Assembly (NCBI GenBank): GCA_030704615.1
Contig: CM060732.1
Coordinates: 67,270,001-67,334,000, forward strand
DNA: 64,000 nucleotides
DNA from: Takakia lepidozioides
Lineage: Eukaryota; Plantae; Bryophyta
Direction: 5' to 3'
Positions 61,401-64,000 of this stretch are shown in pieces. Within the stretch, counting starts at the first letter, position 1; each line of letters opens with the position of its first letter. The notes under the pieces are model-generated. The model saw only the letters and a list, made by a program, of their open reading frames with translations, searched no databases and was not told the DNA's origin. The position numbers and the translations under genes were made by a program.

Positions 61401-62329
61401 CTTCCTTTCTCTCTAAAGTACCATTTCAATTCATTTCTCTGTTCATAAATGTTGGCATGTTGCGTAGAGTATACTCGCCAAGCAGGATCTGCTTTTACAG
61501 CTGTTCACTTCAGCCATTTCAAAATCTCCTTGTCAATTTAAGGCTCATATCCCAAGCTCTTGATCACCACCAAATTTTGAAGGCAAATAATTCCTTACAG
61601 AACATGTCTTTCCCATAAGCTCTTAGGGCTTCCTGTGGACGTTTCTATCATGGTCTGTGTGTGTCTCTCCCCCTCCAACACACTGGACCAGAAGGGGCAG
61701 GACTTCAAACAAGACCAATTGAGAGTAGGAGTGTTGGGGAAGGGTGAAGCACCTTTGACAACAATGGCCTTCACATCAGGGTGAGAATGAGCCTCAAGGA
61801 AAACCTCCTTCAGTTGTGCCATGACTGTAGTTGCATCACATCAGATCGACCATGGTTTAATCCACGAATTTTCTAAGAAATGTGACCACCAATTGTTGAA
61901 AGAGGAAACAAATTGCAGAATGCATGTGCCTACGGAGATTTCTCGAACACAGCTTCAATGGAGTTAGTAAGACATAATGCAGGAGCAAAGATACGGAGGA
62001 CAAGGTTTCTCATGCATTCACTTTGATTATGATGTTGCCCCTTTCCCTGCCAACTTTCACGGGAAAACAATACAGGACAGGTGAGCAAATAGGCCATAAC
62101 CAAGATTCCGTTTTTGACCTGAAATCCATAACCTGGAGATCAGTGCAAAACCGACTGAGAGACGGACCAAAACGGAGACATAAGTCATGAGATAGCAATA
62201 ACAAAAAGACGAGAGATCAAACATACCAGAGTTAGGACTGTTATTATCGAGGGAGTTGACAGGAGGCTTGTTAAGAGTCACAAGCGCGATACCATCGTCT
62301 CCCACCTCCATACTGACTTGCCTCCCCAT
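52477..62329 (-). CDS. MFP: Peroxisomal fatty-acid beta-oxidation multifunctional protein (enoyl-CoA hydratase / 3-hydroxyacyl-CoA dehydrogenase), AIM1/MFP2 family, 18 coding exons
   Basis: Approximate exons: 62329-62227, 61824-61753, 61062-61003, 60738-60673, 60529-60461, 59697-59617, 59325-59266, 58812-58510, 58107-58021, 57572-57398, 57089-56967, 56863-56701, 56240-55984, 55768-55646, 55354-55234, 54532-54383, 53004-52866, 52518-52477. Motifs NKPPVNSL, FSGGADI, ALGGGLE, GLPELQLG, GTQRLPRL, VVGGGLMGSGIA, ASNTSS, HFFSPAHVMPLLE, GMPMGPF, GMGFPAYRGG. Ends ...GAARL* (PTS1). Confidence 0.93.
53580..54160. repeat. Intronic repeat (tgtcccataagctc..gagc.ttcc..ggacgttata), also at ~61250 and ~61610
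   Basis: Three copies here and two in another MFP intron. Confidence 0.6.
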
Positions 62330-63816
62330 CTCACTGGGTCCCTCTAACACTGAAAAGCCCTGCAGTGCAAAAGAATGCATACCTTGATACTCCCACTCAT
62401 CGACCCTCTAAGTAAGCTTAATTGAGTTAAATACAAAAATCAGATGTTTGGATTAACAATTGGAAACTGTCTTCCTTGACCAAACAACAGGAAGTTCGAT
62501 AGAGATATCCCCTTCAGAATATTAGAGAAAATTCAGCTACACTGGAGAAAGAGAGGATGAAATTTGGAACTTTGAATCCACAAAGCAGACGCAGTGTTGA
62601 AATTTTCAAATAACAAATAACATGCTGTACTTTGAATTATAGAACCTAACCCTGCCAAATGATCAAGCAGCCGGGAGAGAAATATTGCCCGGGGCTGTGA
62701 AGGATCAAAAAAGAAAGAAAGAAAAGCCAAGCCTCTGTTGACAATCAGCATTTAAAAAACATTTAGAGATTTGGAAATAATAATGTTTGTGAGAACATGA
62801 AATTGGAGATCTTCATCAGTCTCTGATCAGTTTCTATAAGATATAGAATTTTTCTGCATAATCCCTTAGCATCACCAGAGTGATGGCACAGCATGGAAAC
62901 AATCTACTTTTGGTTCAACGAACAAAGTTTTCTCAAAGTGACTGCAACAAGCTTTTAAAGCCGATACATAGCACCGGGTAGAAGCCAATCCATCAGCGAA
63001 CATAAAATTCCTGCCAATCGACCACTAATTTCAGACGACCTCAATGGGAATTTCCCCACCTAATGAAAGACTCTACTCCAAAGAGTGGAGTGACGCATAC
63101 CGCAAACGTGACGAGGAGATATCGATACTGGCAGCTTATCGAAGTTAGCTCCTAAGGAGCCTCTTTTGTTGACCAATTAGTGGGAGGACAGATAATGTAC
63201 TTAAGAGATAGACGGATATCACAGATATTGAAGGGACGAACGCACGAACAATAGAGATACTAAGAAACCAGCTACAAGAAGTGAGAGGGACACAAGGAGA
63301 CACACCACAAAAAATGGTTAGGACGCAGTATGTTGGTCACACACAGTGAAAGAGAGAAGAGACAGTTTTGCGAAGAGGGAGAGGAATTTAGCAGGATGCC
63401 ACGAGACAACGAAGTGAACAGGAACACCAACTGAAAATAGACAGATCGACAGAGCACACCACTTAGTCTGAGAAAGTTGAAGTTCGTTTCAATGTCCATT
63501 CACCGAGCCTACTGCTAGGACACCGGAGTATCTCGTAAGAAATCAAAATGATGGTCCCACCCACTCCCGCACACGCAATTATATCACACCGCAACCACTG
63601 TTTTCCTCGCAAACTTCGCGAGACTCTGTCTGATTCACCAGCCTGAACATATCAAGGGATCCAGTAACAGAGACAGTGGAGCGCATTCGGTAGTAAGTAA
63701 AGTTTAAGATCCAGTTTGATGGAATCACGACTTTGTCAACTGTAGGTCTGCAGGATTGCACGCATCTGACATGCTTTCAGACGTAGATCTCGCCATCCTT
63801 CTCTCTGCTGCTCGCG

Positions 63817-64000
63817 CCGGGGTAAGAGAATGGCTACGATGAACGTCCTTCATCCTTGTGCACATCTCGTTCGTCTCCCCATCCCCGCCCCATTGATGAA
63901 TGAACAGATAATCATTTCATTCATTCGAGCACCGGGGAAAGAGAATGGCTACGATGAACGCCCTTCATCCTTGTGCAGATCTCGTTCGTCTCCCCATCCC
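63817..64000. repeat. Direct repeat of at least ~70 bp with a 115-bp period, running off the window
   Basis: ccgggg.aagagaatggctacgatgaacg..cttcatccttgtgca.atctcgttcgtctccccatccc at 63817 and 63932. Confidence 0.85.

Overview
Repeat-rich nuclear DNA of a land plant, probably a non-seed plant (inferred from the PLS-DYW PPR style and the TE families). Host genes: an intronless PLS-E1-E2-DYW PPR RNA-editing factor (48787-51630, +) and an 18-coding-exon peroxisomal multifunctional beta-oxidation protein of the AIM1/MFP2 family ending in PTS1 'ARL' (52477-62329, -). The most unusual object is a 10.66-kb Ty3/gypsy-type retroelement (2934-13592). Between protease and reverse transcriptase it carries a frameshifted but motif-complete C5-cytosine DNA methyltransferase, and its DDE integrase is followed in frame by a PHD finger. 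Its terminal repeats are split as A1...B1-A2-B2, and its primer site is complementary to its own terminal repeat rather than to a tRNA. Also present: an unassigned reading frame of about 950+ codons with one frameshift that runs off the window start; an L1-like LINE interrupted by two TIR elements built from palindrome arrays; a second gypsy pol fragment; a 7.65-kb CACTA element carrying PPR and OSB/PDF-like gene fragments; a 1.2-kb foldback element; and several LINE remnants. All calls were made by eye with no database searches, so coordinates of degenerate features are approximate.
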